Source of the DNA: Candidatus Kapaibacterium sp.
Lineage (GTDB): Bacteria > Patescibacteriota > Patescibacteriia > UBA9934
Direction: 5' to 3'
DNA length: 64,000 bases
Assembly (NCBI GenBank): GCA_044350705.1
Contig: JBILHA010000002.1
Location: 30,542-94,541, forward strand
Each line of letters begins with the position of its first letter. Within the stretch, counting starts at the first letter, position 1. The notes under the pieces were generated by a model. It was not told the origin of the DNA. It did no database searches and saw nothing but the letters and a program-made list of their open reading frames with translations. The translations under genes were made by a program, and so were the position numbers. This document shows, piece by piece, positions 55,624-64,000 of the stretch.

Positions 55624-55696
55624 TGATATACACAAAAAAGTTGACGTAATTGAGAAAATTCCGTACAGTAATGCGGAATTTTCTTTTTCCCCTCGT

Positions 55697-55894
55697 ATGG
55701 CTATTAAGACCAACAAATCCATGGCAAAGCGCATCAAGATCACCAGCTCTGGAAAGATCATGAAGCGCAAGGCTGGCCAGGATCACTTCAATTCCCGTGA
55801 ATCCGGCAACACCACGCGCAATAAGCGCACCGATGTCAAAATGAGCAAAACGGTTATCCGCGCGCTCAAGACGCTCATGCCCTACAGCTTCTAA
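55697..55894 (+). CDS. rpmI: 50S ribosomal protein L35
   Basis: MAIKTNKSMAKRIKITSSGKIMKRKAGQDHFNSRESGNTTRNKRTDVKMSKTVIRALKTLMPYSF: L35 pattern (KxKTxxxxxKRxKxTxxGKxxRxxAxxxHxL.K..K.KR.LR). The track ORF is extended upstream without support. Confidence 0.9.
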   Translation: MAIKTNKSMAKRIKITSSGKIMKRKAGQDHFNSRESGNTTRNKRTDVKMSKTVIRALKTLMPYSF

Positions 55895-55920
55895 TCATTT
55901 CTTTTCTCTCTTTATTTCCT

Positions 55921-56265
55921 ATGCCACGCGTAAAACGCGGTACGCAGCACGTCAAGCGCCGCAAAAATCTCCTCGCTAAGGTAAAAGGCTTCTCTTGGGG
56001 CCGTAAGAGCAAGATCCGCCTTGCTCGCCCTGCGATGCTCAAAGCCGGAATGTACGCATTCCGCGACCGCCGCGCAAAGAAGCGCACCTTCCGCAACCTT
56101 TGGACCATTAAGATCAATGCCGCAGTTCGTGAACTCGGCCTTTCCTACTCGGTCTTCATGGCAAACCTCAAGAAGGCAAATATCGCCCTTGATCGTAAGG
56201 TTTTGGCCCAGATTGCTGAAAAGAGCCCTACAACGTTTGCAAAAATCGTTGACGCGGCAAAATAG
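55921..56265 (+). CDS. rplT: 50S ribosomal protein L20
   Basis: MPRVKRGTQHVKRRKNLLAKVKGFSWGRKSKIRLARPAMLKAGMYAFRDRRAKKRTFRNLWTIKINAAVRELGLSYSVFMANLKKANIALDRKVLA: canonical L20. Confidence 0.95.
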   Translation: MPRVKRGTQHVKRRKNLLAKVKGFSWGRKSKIRLARPAMLKAGMYAFRDRRAKKRTFRNLWTIKINAAVRELGLSYSVFMANLKKANIALDRKVLAQIAEKSPTTFAKIVDAAK

Positions 56266-56285
56266 CCCATTTCTTTTTTCCAAAA

Positions 56286-56316
56286 CCCCGTATGTTCTGC
56301 ATACGGGGTTTTGTTT
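56286..56316 (+). terminator. Rho-independent terminator of the infC-rpmI-rplT operon
   Basis: ccccgtatg ttctg catacgggg ttttgtttt: 9-bp stem followed by a T-run. Confidence 0.8.
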
Positions 56317-56436
56317 TGACTTTTTTGCTTTTTTCTGCTAAAATACCGGGTCCGTTTGAGAGCTCGTTGAGTTCTCTTTCGGCCATCAAGTTCGATCCTT
56401 TCACCCACCGCCGGAGATCCCGGCAAAGGAGCCCTC

Positions 56437-57435
56437 GTGGCCGCGAACCCCATCAAGCCACTCGTTGTGGCCCTCCTCGCTCGCATCCCGGGCGCACTCC
56501 AGATCGCCGCGGACCTGGCGTCCCTCAAGGACGAGCAGATCCTGACCGACGAGACGGCCGCGACCTGGAAGAGCCTGCAGAATGAGGCCGAGGCTATCCA
56601 GATGGAAGCCGAAAGCCTCGAGCAGGACGGCTTCCGGAAGCCGACCCTCGACCCCCTCCCCTCTCCGCCGGAAGACGGCAAAGAGGTTCCGGACAAGGTC
56701 GTCTTCTTCAAGACGGGCGTCGGTACGGTGAAGAGCAACCTGGACAAGCTCCAAGAAGCCCTCACCACCTTCGAGGCCTCCCTCGTCGACCCGGCTCCCC
56801 CGCCGCCCCCGCCGCCGCCCCCCGCGGACCCGGGGCCCAAGCAGCCCCCGCCGCCCCCGGGCGGACGGCGCCCGCGGCCGCCGCACCCCACCGCCGCCGC
56901 CCAGCCCCCGAAGAAGGGGTGGCAAGGCTGGGTGGCCGGCGGTATCGCGTTTCTCCTGTTCCTCACCTTCATCCTCTGGGCCCTGTGGCCCGAGGAGGAG
57001 AAGGTGGTGGCGGTGACCCCGCCGCCGGTCGAGGAGCCCGCCGCCCCGGCGAAGGCGAAGGTGGAGGCCCCCAAGCCGAAGCCCGCTCCGGTGGCGGTTC
57101 CGTCGCCGGCCCCGACCCCCTACGGCGAGATGCCCCGCGCGTGCGCGGATGCACTCGACAACGTGGGCGACATGGACGGCGACGGTATCGCCGAGACCTA
57201 CACCATGGTGCCCATCGGCAACGGTGCGGCCCTGTACGTGTCGGGTGTGGAGGTTAAGGACGGCGCGTGCACCATCTCCAACGGCGAGTTCGCCGCGCTC
57301 CACACGGAGTTCGGTGAGAGGCTGAAGGGGATCGCGCTGAAGGGCCGGTTCACCCCCGTGGTGACCCTGAGCGGCGGCCGCAAGGTCCGCTGCAACAAGG
57401 GCCCCGGGGGATTCGAGAACTGCTTCGAGGGGTAG
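56437..57435 (+). CDS. Hypothetical Pro-rich single-pass membrane protein (high-GC)
   Basis: GTG start 7 nt after AAGGAG; poly-Pro tracts (PPPPPPPPPAD, PPPPPGG), one TM (GWVAGGIAFLLFLTFILWALW), C-terminal Cys-containing domain; GC3-dominated codons unlike neighbouring rplT. Confidence 0.5.
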   Translation: MAANPIKPLVVALLARIPGALQIAADLASLKDEQILTDETAATWKSLQNEAEAIQMEAESLEQDGFRKPTLDPLPSPPEDGKEVPDKVVFFKTGVGTVKSNLDKLQEALTTFEASLVDPAPPPPPPPPPADPGPKQPPPPPGGRRPRPPHPTAAAQPPKKGWQGWVAGGIAFLLFLTFILWALWPEEEKVVAVTPPPVEEPAAPAKAKVEAPKPKPAPVAVPSPAPTPYGEMPRACADALDNVGDMDGDGIAETYTMVPIGNGAALYVSGVEVKDGACTISNGEFAALHTEFGERLKGIALKGRFTPVVTLSGGRKVRCNKGPGGFENCFEG

Positions 57436-57660
57436 AAGCAGAGCAGGGGGCAACGTCCCGCCGACAAGTACTAGAAGAGCAATCTTCAGGAACCTGTCGG
57501 CGGGCCACATCTACGCTCGTCGACAAGTACCGAAGAGATTCGCTCTTCTGGGAACGTCGGCGGGCGTTTTGCGTTTCTTTTATTCTTTCACACCCCCTCC
57601 CCTTTCTCTTCTTGCAGAGTTTTTTTCTCCCTGTTATAGTATTCACGCTCCAAATGGCGA

Positions 57661-57737
57661 GGGGCGGTAGTTCAATTGGTTAGAGCACTGCCCTGTCACG
57701 GCAGAAGTTGCGGGTTCGAGTCCCGTCCGCCCCGCCA
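57661..57737 (+). tRNA. tRNA-Asp (anticodon GTC), CCA encoded
   Basis: GGGGCGG ta GTTC aattggtta GAGC a CTGCC ctGTCac GGCAG aagtt GCGGG ttcgagt CCCGT CCGCCCC g CCA: full cloverleaf, anticodon loop cuGUCac. Confidence 0.9.
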
Positions 57738-57743
57738 GAAAAC

Positions 57744-57775
57744 CACTTCTCTTTCGAGAGAGGTGTTTTTCTTTT
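57744..57775 (+). terminator. Terminator after tRNA-Asp (UUCG tetraloop hairpin plus T-run)
   Basis: cacttctct ttcg agagaggtg tttttctttttag: 9-bp stem with one G-U pair. Confidence 0.65.
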
Positions 57776-58118
57776 TAGCTAAGCCATATTTACGAGTTCC
57801 AACCGCCTGTTTTTATATATAACGGTCAGCGAGGATTTCGTGAGGCATTTGGCAATGAAACCGCGGTTTTTTCGTTGAATGTTGGGGGCTCAAGCACTTC
57901 TCAGTATTCTCTTCTTGATTTTTTCCTAAAAAATGCTATACTACTTTGTTGCTTGAAGATGCGGGTGACATCGAAAAAGCGACAAGCGTGTCCCCGTTCG
58001 TATGCTCCGTTAGTTTGGCGTCTGGTATTTCTACAATATCGGTTGACGCCAGGCAAACGGAGCGTATGAAAGGCGCTTCCGCGACATCCTGTCGCGCCTC
58101 CAACTCCACGGAGCTCTC

Positions 58119-58376
58119 ATGACTCTGCTCACCCTCTTCGTCCTCGGCGGTCTCACCTCCGCCTTCGCCAACCCGGCAGAGGAGAACCAGAACCGCACGG
58201 ATCACGTCGAAGCGGCCCAGGTGGCCCTCTGGGCCGCTCAGGCTGCTGCCTCCTCCGGCGAGGAGGCAGCAGCCGATCCGGCCGCGGCCTCCCGTGAGGC
58301 CCAAAAAGCTGCGGAGGCCGCCCAGGCGGCCCTGTGGGCCGCCCAGGCGGCCCTGTGGGCTACGTGCAGCTACTGA
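58119..58376 (+). CDS. Small secreted Ala-rich protein with AAQAALWA repeats (high-GC)
   Basis: 85 aa; signal peptide MTLLTLFVLGGLTSAFA; AQVALWAAQAAA...AAQAALWAAQAALWA repeats; GGAG-containing leader; two hairpin terminators downstream. Confidence 0.45.
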   Translation: MTLLTLFVLGGLTSAFANPAEENQNRTDHVEAAQVALWAAQAAASSGEEAAADPAAASREAQKAAEAAQAALWAAQAALWATCSY

Positions 58377-58393
58377 CGCTGCTGACCACGCGA

Positions 58394-58417
58394 CCCGCCT
58401 CACATCTGTGAGGCGGG
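58394..58417 (+). terminator. Hairpin terminator 1 after the small secreted-protein gene
   Basis: cccgcctcaca tc tgtgaggcggg (11-bp stem) followed by tattgattt. Confidence 0.55.
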
Positions 58418-58494
58418 TATTGATTTACGCAAAAATGTAGGCAAGAGGGAGCTTCCGGAAACAAACTCCACTCGCTCCATAACGTCCCGCCATG

Positions 58495-58525
58495 AAAAAA
58501 CCTTAGCTTCGGCTAAGGTTTTTTC
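58495..58525 (+). terminator. Hairpin terminator 2 (ccttagc ttcg gctaagg plus T6)
   Basis: aaaaaaccttagcttcggctaaggttttttc; ~65 nt upstream of the desaturase start. Confidence 0.6.
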
Positions 58526-58593
58526 TTTTCTCACTTTTCCCATTCTTCTCTTGTGCAAAGAAGTTTTTTTATGAACAATGAAATTATTCTCTT

Positions 58594-60084
58594 ATGACTC
58601 CATCGTCTTCACGGACTGTCTTTGCATGGGCCGCGGGCTTTACCTGGCTCCCTTTTCTGTTTTTCATCGGCATGCATCTCACGCCCCTGCTTCTTTTTTT
58701 CACAGGATTTTCTTTCCAGGATTTTATCGCCCTGCTCATGTTTTATGCCCTGCAAATTTTCGGCATCTCTGCAGGGTACCACCGCTATTTTTCTCATCGC
58801 AGTTTTCGTGCAGGACGAGGGATGCAATTTTTCCTTGCCTGGCTTGGAAGCATGCCCTTTCAGCATCTCTTTTCCTGGGCAGGACTTCACCGTCATCACC
58901 ATCGGGTTTCCGACACTGAAATCGATCTGCACTCCCCCATCCGAGGCTTCCTGTGGAGTCATATCCTTTGGATTTTTGCGAAACGCGATCTCCACGGTAT
59001 TGCGCAAACCGTTCCTGATTTACAAAAATTCCCCGAGCTTCGGTTTTTAGATCGTTTCTTTTATCTTCCGGCATGCGTCAGCATCCTCATCAGTTACGCA
59101 TATGGTGGCTGGAGTATGGTTGTTGGAGGATTTCTCTTGTCAGTTCTTTTTGTGTGGCATGCCATGTTTTCCATCAACTCACTCACGCACATTATTGGAT
59201 CTCGCCGCTATGCGACAAACGACATGAGCCGAAACTCGTTTCTTCTTGCGCTGGTAACATTCGGCGAGGGATGGCACAACAATCATCATCACTTTTCCTC
59301 ATCAACCCGCCAAGGATTTTTTTGGTGGGAACTTGACCTGAGCTACCTTATCCTTCGCGTGTTTGCACTTCTTGGCCTTGTGCACGATTTACGCGATCCG
59401 CTTCCCGCACATAAGCAGTTTCGTCTTTTGCGTGAAGGCGATGAAGATATTGGACTCGTCACTGCGCTTGCTCGCATGCGGACGCTGGCCCCTCAGCATC
59501 CGCTCTGGATTCGCGTTCTCACCCATGTCCTTACGATTGGGGCTACCATTGCGTCACTCACCCTCCTTGTTCTTGTGGGGGCAATCCAGGCTCAAGCTGC
59601 TTTCATTGTTGGCGCTTCCATTTTTGGCGCAGCAACACTTGCGTTCTTTATTCTCCATATCTGGCAATTCGGCACCAGTCTTGCGAATCTCGCGCTCTTT
59701 GTCGCAGGCGCATTTACTCCGCTGCTCATTCTTCTTGGTATGCAAAACGGCTGGGGTTGGGCGCTTCTTTCGCTCATGTGGTCCATCACGGGTGCTACCG
59801 CGCTCTTCCCCTTCATGCGTCGTCATCAGCGCCTCGTGAAGCGCATTAGCCTCTCTCTTCTGCTGAGTATTGCCGCATTGGCATTGTTCATCGGCCGAGA
59901 TATCTTTTTTGCCAATAACTCTGCAGCGCTCTTCCTCTGGACTTCTATCGCGTGCATTACCTTTGCGTATACGACGCTTCCCATTTGGAATGTTTTCCGA
60001 CTACGCGTCGCGTTTCACCTCTTCTTACTTGCGGGCAGTGTTTCGTATTCACTTTTCCTTCATCAGCTCGCATTCGTGGTATAA
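58594..60084 (+). CDS. Acyl-CoA (delta-9-type) fatty-acid desaturase fused to a C-terminal ~200-aa polytopic membrane extension
   Basis: His boxes HRYFSH, HRHHH and GEGWHNNHHHF in the order and spacing of stearoyl-CoA desaturase/DesC; residues ~300-496 are an additional set of ~6 hydrophobic helices not part of the desaturase fold. Confidence 0.85.
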   Translation: MTPSSSRTVFAWAAGFTWLPFLFFIGMHLTPLLLFFTGFSFQDFIALLMFYALQIFGISAGYHRYFSHRSFRAGRGMQFFLAWLGSMPFQHLFSWAGLHRHHHRVSDTEIDLHSPIRGFLWSHILWIFAKRDLHGIAQTVPDLQKFPELRFLDRFFYLPACVSILISYAYGGWSMVVGGFLLSVLFVWHAMFSINSLTHIIGSRRYATNDMSRNSFLLALVTFGEGWHNNHHHFSSSTRQGFFWWELDLSYLILRVFALLGLVHDLRDPLPAHKQFRLLREGDEDIGLVTALARMRTLAPQHPLWIRVLTHVLTIGATIASLTLLVLVGAIQAQAAFIVGASIFGAATLAFFILHIWQFGTSLANLALFVAGAFTPLLILLGMQNGWGWALLSLMWSITGATALFPFMRRHQRLVKRISLSLLLSIAALALFIGRDIFFANNSAALFLWTSIACITFAYTTLPIWNVFRLRVAFHLFLLAGSVSYSLFLHQLAFVV

Positions 60085-60120
60085 CTTTGTGCGTTACGGG
60101 CGTATTTCTCTCAACCGCCT

Positions 60121-60978
60121 ATGCCTCGCTTTCAGAAACTCCGTGTACTCATCCAGCATCTGCTCAAGCGCTACCGCTCTTCTCATGCGGAAGCATGGGC
60201 AGCAAGTATCAGTTTTTACACCATGCTCGCGCTTCCGGCCCTTTTTACCGTACTTTTCAGTGGGGTGCGCTCGTTTATTTCTCAAGAAGAACTCCAGCTT
60301 CTCTTTGCATCTTTTCTCCCTCAAGCAATTTTTGCAGGATCTCTCCAGGACTTTATTGCGGCGTCGTACGAAAAACCTCTCGCACTCCCCCTCCTCTTCT
60401 CTCTGCTAATCGCCCTCTTCTCTGCAGGAAAAATCTTCTCCCATCTCACGATTGCGCTTGGAGAGATCTGGCATTTCTCGCCTCTTGTCCTTCCCAAAAA
60501 GACGAAGACTACGCTCATTGCCCGCGTTGCTACCTTCGCTCAACGGCGTCTCAGCGATATTCTTCCTCTTTTCATCCTCGTGTGCTCCCTCGTTGTTCTC
60601 ATCCTCGCGCATACCGTCTTTCATATTCTTCTTCCTCTTCTTACCCCTCTTTTCCCCGAGGTTTCTCTTTTTCTTCCCCTCCTTTCCTCGCTCCTCTTTC
60701 TTAGTATTTCAGGTGGCGTATGCGCCCTGTTCTTTCGCATCTTCTCCAAAAAGAAGTTCGATGCTCGGCAGTGCGGTCTGGGAGGATTCATGACTGCGTT
60801 TCTTCTTTTTCTCGGGCAGCTGGCGCTTGGGCTTTATTTCCGCCTCGTTGACGTCGGCGATGGATTTGGCGCACTTGGATCGGCTGTAGCGCTCCTCCTC
60901 TGGCTGTACTACTCTGCAAGCATCTTTCTCTTTGGTGCAACGCTTGTATGCAACATCGCTCCTCATACACCCCGTTAG
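60121..60978 (+). CDS. YihY/BrkB family membrane protein (formerly 'ribonuclease BN')
   Basis: AWAASISFYTMLALPALFTVLFS... matches the YihY N-terminal signature (W..sISFY.mLAl.P); 6 TM; 285 aa. Confidence 0.7.
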   Translation: MPRFQKLRVLIQHLLKRYRSSHAEAWAASISFYTMLALPALFTVLFSGVRSFISQEELQLLFASFLPQAIFAGSLQDFIAASYEKPLALPLLFSLLIALFSAGKIFSHLTIALGEIWHFSPLVLPKKTKTTLIARVATFAQRRLSDILPLFILVCSLVVLILAHTVFHILLPLLTPLFPEVSLFLPLLSSLLFLSISGGVCALFFRIFSKKKFDARQCGLGGFMTAFLLFLGQLALGLYFRLVDVGDGFGALGSAVALLLWLYYSASIFLFGATLVCNIAPHTPR

Positions 60979-60984
60979 ATACAT

Positions 60985-61007
60985 AAAACACGGCATTGCC
61001 GTGTTTT
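60985..61007. terminator. Bidirectional terminator between YihY gene (+) and pyk (-)
   Basis: aaaacacggc att gccgtgtttt: 10-bp stem including A/T runs; overlaps the pyk stop codon. Confidence 0.7.
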
Positions 61008-62418
61008 ATGTCACCACGATGATTTGCAACTGCACTCCCGTCTTTTCATTTCCCGTAACCAGCGCAACCCGTTCTCCACGTTTCAGATTCCATTGTTTTT
61101 TTGCAATATTCTTTACCCGCATCGGGAGTGATGCAGGACTGAGATCTCCCACAATCGGCTCCGCGCCCCACGCGAGTACCACTTGCCGCGCCGCTTCATG
61201 GTCCGGAACTAAAAGTCCAAAATGGATGCGCGGTCGATAGCGCATGAGTGCGCGCGCTTCGGGAAGATCTGCAGGTACAAGGAGCGCAGCAAGGCCCCGC
61301 GCTTCAGCGAGCAACGCGATGGTATGCGCGAATGCCTCTCCGAGGTGCTTTGTTGCGTGTGCAGTGAGCGGCACGTCGTCATACCGCGAATGCTCAGCGG
61401 CAGCAATTGCTTGTGCCATTGCTTGTACGGCAACTGCGGGATATCGCCCCGTTGCAGACTCCGCCGAGAGCATCACTGCATCTACATGATCAAATACCGC
61501 ATTGGCGATGTCGGAAATTTCTGCGCGCGTTGCACGCGGATTTGCTTTCATGCTCTCAAGCATGTGCGTAGCAACGATGCAAGGTTTTCCTGCGATCCTG
61601 CAGCGCTCAGCAATATCTTTTTGCACAAGAGGCACTTCTGCGGGAGGAATTTCTACGCCCAAATCCCCTCGTCCGAGCATGATTCCATCAGCCTCTTCTA
61701 AAATGGCATCAACATTCTTGAGCGCCGCTGCGCGCTCGACTTTTGCCATGATGAGCGGTGTACGACGACGATGCTTACGCGCAACCTCTTGCGCAAGGGT
61801 GCGCGCAGTTTTTATAACCTCCGGAGAAGTCACGAATGAAACGCATACCCAATCTACCCCAAGCGCTACGCCATATGCTAAATCTTCACGGTCTTTCTGC
61901 GTGAGTGCAGAGGCAGTGACGACCGAATCAGGTACATTCACTCCTTTGTGCGACGTGAGCACTCCTCCCACATCTACCGAACAATGGATATTGCGATCAT
62001 GTACTCGCAGCACGGAGAGCTCGATATTTCCATCATCCAAAAAAATGCGATGATCCTTTTTCACTTCTTTATGCAGCGTGTGATACGTCAAAGGGATGTG
62101 TTGCAGTTTTGCGTCGTACGCAACCGGCTTTGTTGTGAGCGTCACCGTTTGTCCTTCCCGGAGAACAATGCCTTTTTTGGGGAGCTCTCCTACCCGAATT
62201 TTCGGTCCTTGGAGATCTTGTAAAATCGCTACCGTCTTTCCCGCTTTGCGCGCCGCTGCATGCACTGCACGAAAAAGCGCCGCATGTTCATCATGCGTGC
62301 CGTGAGAAAAATTGAGTCGGGCAACATCCATGCCCGCGCGCATCATGCGTGCAAGCAATAGGGGTGATGATGATGCAGGACCGATCGTACACACGATGCG
62401 CGTGCGCGCCTCCTCCAT
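61006..62418 (-). CDS. pyk: Pyruvate kinase
   Basis: MEEARTRIVCTIGPASSSPLLLARMMRAGMDVARLNFSHGTHDEH...LQDLQGPKIRVG...MAKVERAAAL...IMLGRGDLGVEIP...ATHMLESM: canonical PK motifs. Confidence 0.95.
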   Translation of the reverse strand: MEEARTRIVCTIGPASSSPLLLARMMRAGMDVARLNFSHGTHDEHAALFRAVHAAARKAGKTVAILQDLQGPKIRVGELPKKGIVLREGQTVTLTTKPVAYDAKLQHIPLTYHTLHKEVKKDHRIFLDDGNIELSVLRVHDRNIHCSVDVGGVLTSHKGVNVPDSVVTASALTQKDREDLAYGVALGVDWVCVSFVTSPEVIKTARTLAQEVARKHRRRTPLIMAKVERAAALKNVDAILEEADGIMLGRGDLGVEIPPAEVPLVQKDIAERCRIAGKPCIVATHMLESMKANPRATRAEISDIANAVFDHVDAVMLSAESATGRYPAVAVQAMAQAIAAAEHSRYDDVPLTAHATKHLGEAFAHTIALLAEARGLAALLVPADLPEARALMRYRPRIHFGLLVPDHEAARQVVLAWGAEPIVGDLSPASLPMRVKNIAKKQWNLKRGERVALVTGNEKTGVQLQIIVVT

Positions 62419-62723
62419 ATGGATAAAGTATAGCAGAAAGGGAGTGAGGGGCCGGCGAGTAGCCTGCTGAAAATTGAGAGCATGAAAACATACGTGTCAT
62501 TTCGAGGAGTCCGACGCACACCGATCGGACGACGAGAAATCTTTGAGGCATTCCAGATGTTCATACGTCTGAAAGATTTCTCCTCAGCTGGCCATGCAGT
62601 ATTTGGCCCGCTTCGTCGAAATGACACCATCGCCCTCGCTTCCCCTTAATAAACAAATCGCCGCCGGACAGCACGAGGGCTGCCGGCGGCATACGGCGTG
62701 GAAGTTCGTCATGCACGTACGTA

Positions 62724-63470
62724 CTAGACGTAGCGCGGGACGATCTCCCACGCGATGGCGGAGGGAACGGGGGCGAAACCGCGGGCCTTGTCGATCCCGA
62801 TCGCCTGGCGGACGAGGATTCCGTCCGGCGGGATTGGGAGGGCCGCAGAGTTCGCGTTGAAGGGCGCGGGATCCTTGCCCGAGACCTCCACCACGAGACC
62901 GGTGGTGCTCATGCCCTTGCGAGCGCTGAACACCGCCCTGCCCTGCAGGAACCAGACCTCCCCCATGACCCTCGGCATGTGAGGGATGGCAAAGGGAAGG
63001 TGAGCATTGACATGGGCCGCCGCGCCGAAGAGCAGCGTACCGCCATGCACCTGCTGGAAGTGATTCATGGAGAAGTGCGTTGGGGGAGTTCCCCGGCTGG
63101 GGACTTCCGCCACGACCTCCGCCAGGATCTCCTCCTCACTCATCCCCGATCCTGCCGCAAGGGTAGCCGGAGCCAGAGGCAGCGTCTCGCTGATCGCTTC
63201 CCCATCGAAGATGACGGGGATCGAAATTCTCTCCCCCTTGTAGTCGACGATAAGCCGGACAAGGATCCCATCCGGCTCCTTCGACTCCTCGGTGGCAGGA
63301 CGAGGCCGCTCGCGGATGATCGGGGGCCGAGCTCCGCTCGGCGTAATCGTGCGACCGATGCCCGCCGGGGGCGGGGGGGGCGGCGAGGGAGCGAAGGCCT
63401 CCCTCGCCGGGGGCTCTTTGAGCCCCCAGAGCACGTTCCAGGCACGTGCGAGCCTCTCGAAGAAGCCCAT
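62724..63470 (-). CDS. Hypothetical protein (high-GC), Pro-rich N-terminal region
   Basis: ATG at 63470 (MGFFERLARAWNVLWGLKEPP...PSPPPPPPAG...); GC3-rich codons; no family recognised. The track ORF begins further upstream. Confidence 0.45.
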   Translation of the reverse strand: MGFFERLARAWNVLWGLKEPPAREAFAPSPPPPPPAGIGRTITPSGARPPIIRERPRPATEESKEPDGILVRLIVDYKGERISIPVIFDGEAISETLPLAPATLAAGSGMSEEEILAEVVAEVPSRGTPPTHFSMNHFQQVHGGTLLFGAAAHVNAHLPFAIPHMPRVMGEVWFLQGRAVFSARKGMSTTGLVVEVSGKDPAPFNANSAALPIPPDGILVRQAIGIDKARGFAPVPSAIAWEIVPRYV

Positions 63471-63646
63471 ACTCCTCCTCTTGCGCAGGAATTGCGCAGG
63501 TATGGCGCGCGGAGTATAGTCGTTTTTTGGGTTTTTTACAAGCGTACCCCCCTTTTTTTCTCCACACTCCCAAACGCAACAAGCCGCCGGCATCCCGAGA
63601 GGACGCCAGCGGCGAACGGTAGAGCGCTTGTCGAGGTTTTGTCTCG

Positions 63647-64000
63647 CTAGGACAAGACCTTGACAGCTACTCTGAGCATGTTTTCGAAGATTGCGTCGTC
63701 GCCGACGCCGAGACGGAGCTCGTCGCCCTGACCGAGCACCCCCTCCTCTCCAGCGGACCGGTACCGGGTCGTCGTCTTTGCCGAGGTGGTTGGGCGCGAG
63801 GCCACCACCCCTTCGCTCGTCACGCGCAAGTGCACGATGACGAGGGGAAGGGAGGCGTACTGCCCCGGGGTCGTGACCTGAGGCACGAGGTTGCCCCCCT
63901 TGCCTACGGTGATCTCCCCCACCTCTCCCTCCCAGGGTTCACCCGGGAGTGATGTTCCGTCGGGGAGGAGAACCCCGAGACGAGTGTGCCCCCCAAAGAG
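63647..64000 (-). CDS. Hypothetical protein (high-GC), 5' end beyond window
   Basis: Open minus-strand frame continues to the window edge (..PGEPWEGEVGEITVGKGGNLVPQVTTPGQYASLPLVIVHLRVTSEGVV..); the in-window start is only a GTG, so the gene probably begins outside the window. Confidence 0.3.
   Translation of the reverse strand, partial: LFGGHTRLGVLLPDGTSLPGEPWEGEVGEITVGKGGNLVPQVTTPGQYASLPLVIVHLRVTSEGVVASRPTTSAKTTTRYRSAGEEGVLGQGDELRLGVGDDAIFENMLRVAVKVLS

Noticed and set aside
56145-57510. Minus-strand ORFs 56145-57074 and 56401-57510
   Set aside because: They run antisense to the high-GC Pro-rich gene, which has a good SD and a signal-anchor; their translations are poly-Gly/Arg. The 56145 ORF would also run through the rplT terminator.
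1-64000. Whole-window assembly chimera as the explanation for the GC heterogeneity
   Set aside because: Not fully excluded, but there are at least four separate short high-GC patches interleaved with normal-composition genes that have intact terminators and operon overlaps. That is hard to produce by a single mis-join; it is flagged for read-level checking instead.

Overview
The window looks like a bacterial chromosomal segment of intermediate GC (about half GC by eye) with short high-GC patches embedded in it. It is gene-dense, mostly on the minus strand, and holds core housekeeping genes plus a large cell-envelope and surface-polysaccharide region.

Core genes recognisable from the sequence:
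- a partial ligA at the window start
- a type IV pilus module (prepilin peptidase, pilin-like protein, receiver-like protein, PilM-like ATPase)
- rnhA and recJ
- a division/cell-wall block mraY-ftsW-[pyrG]-murG, with pyrG interposed
- a NifU-like gene, divergent rpmA and rplI, a NUDIX hydrolase and an S41 C-terminal processing protease
- smpB convergent with a tmRNA (ssrA) gene that the ORF track misses, then infC-rpmI-rplT, a tRNA-Asp(GTC) and pyruvate kinase

The surface-polysaccharide region contains rmlA, an rmlD-like gene and rmlB, a HIT gene, a second NUDIX gene, five GT4 and two GT2 glycosyltransferases, a DUF2304-like gene, a UXS-like epimerase/dehydratase, an O-antigen-ligase/Wzy-family protein and a Wzz-like protein.

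Part of this region is a co-oriented cluster of ECF sigma factor, putative anti-sigma factor, a 1362-aa acidic secreted protein, a TPR protein and an S8/FG-GAP protease.

The strongest observations for follow-up:
1. Several abrupt high-GC patches (about 44.1-48.65 kb, 56.4-57.45 kb, 58.12-58.38 kb and 62.7-64.0 kb) encode only secreted or surface proteins. These include a Myxococcota-type Cys-rich 'putative metal-binding motif' repeat protein, a lipoprotein and a beta-barrel-like protein ending in Phe.
2. Next to the right edge of the largest high-GC patch sits a four-helix-bundle (23S rRNA intervening-sequence family) gene flanked by inverted (GGGGAGTGA)n repeats.
3. A pair of ~132-bp direct repeats with structured spacers lies downstream of the tmRNA.

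No CRISPR array, integrase or transposase was seen.
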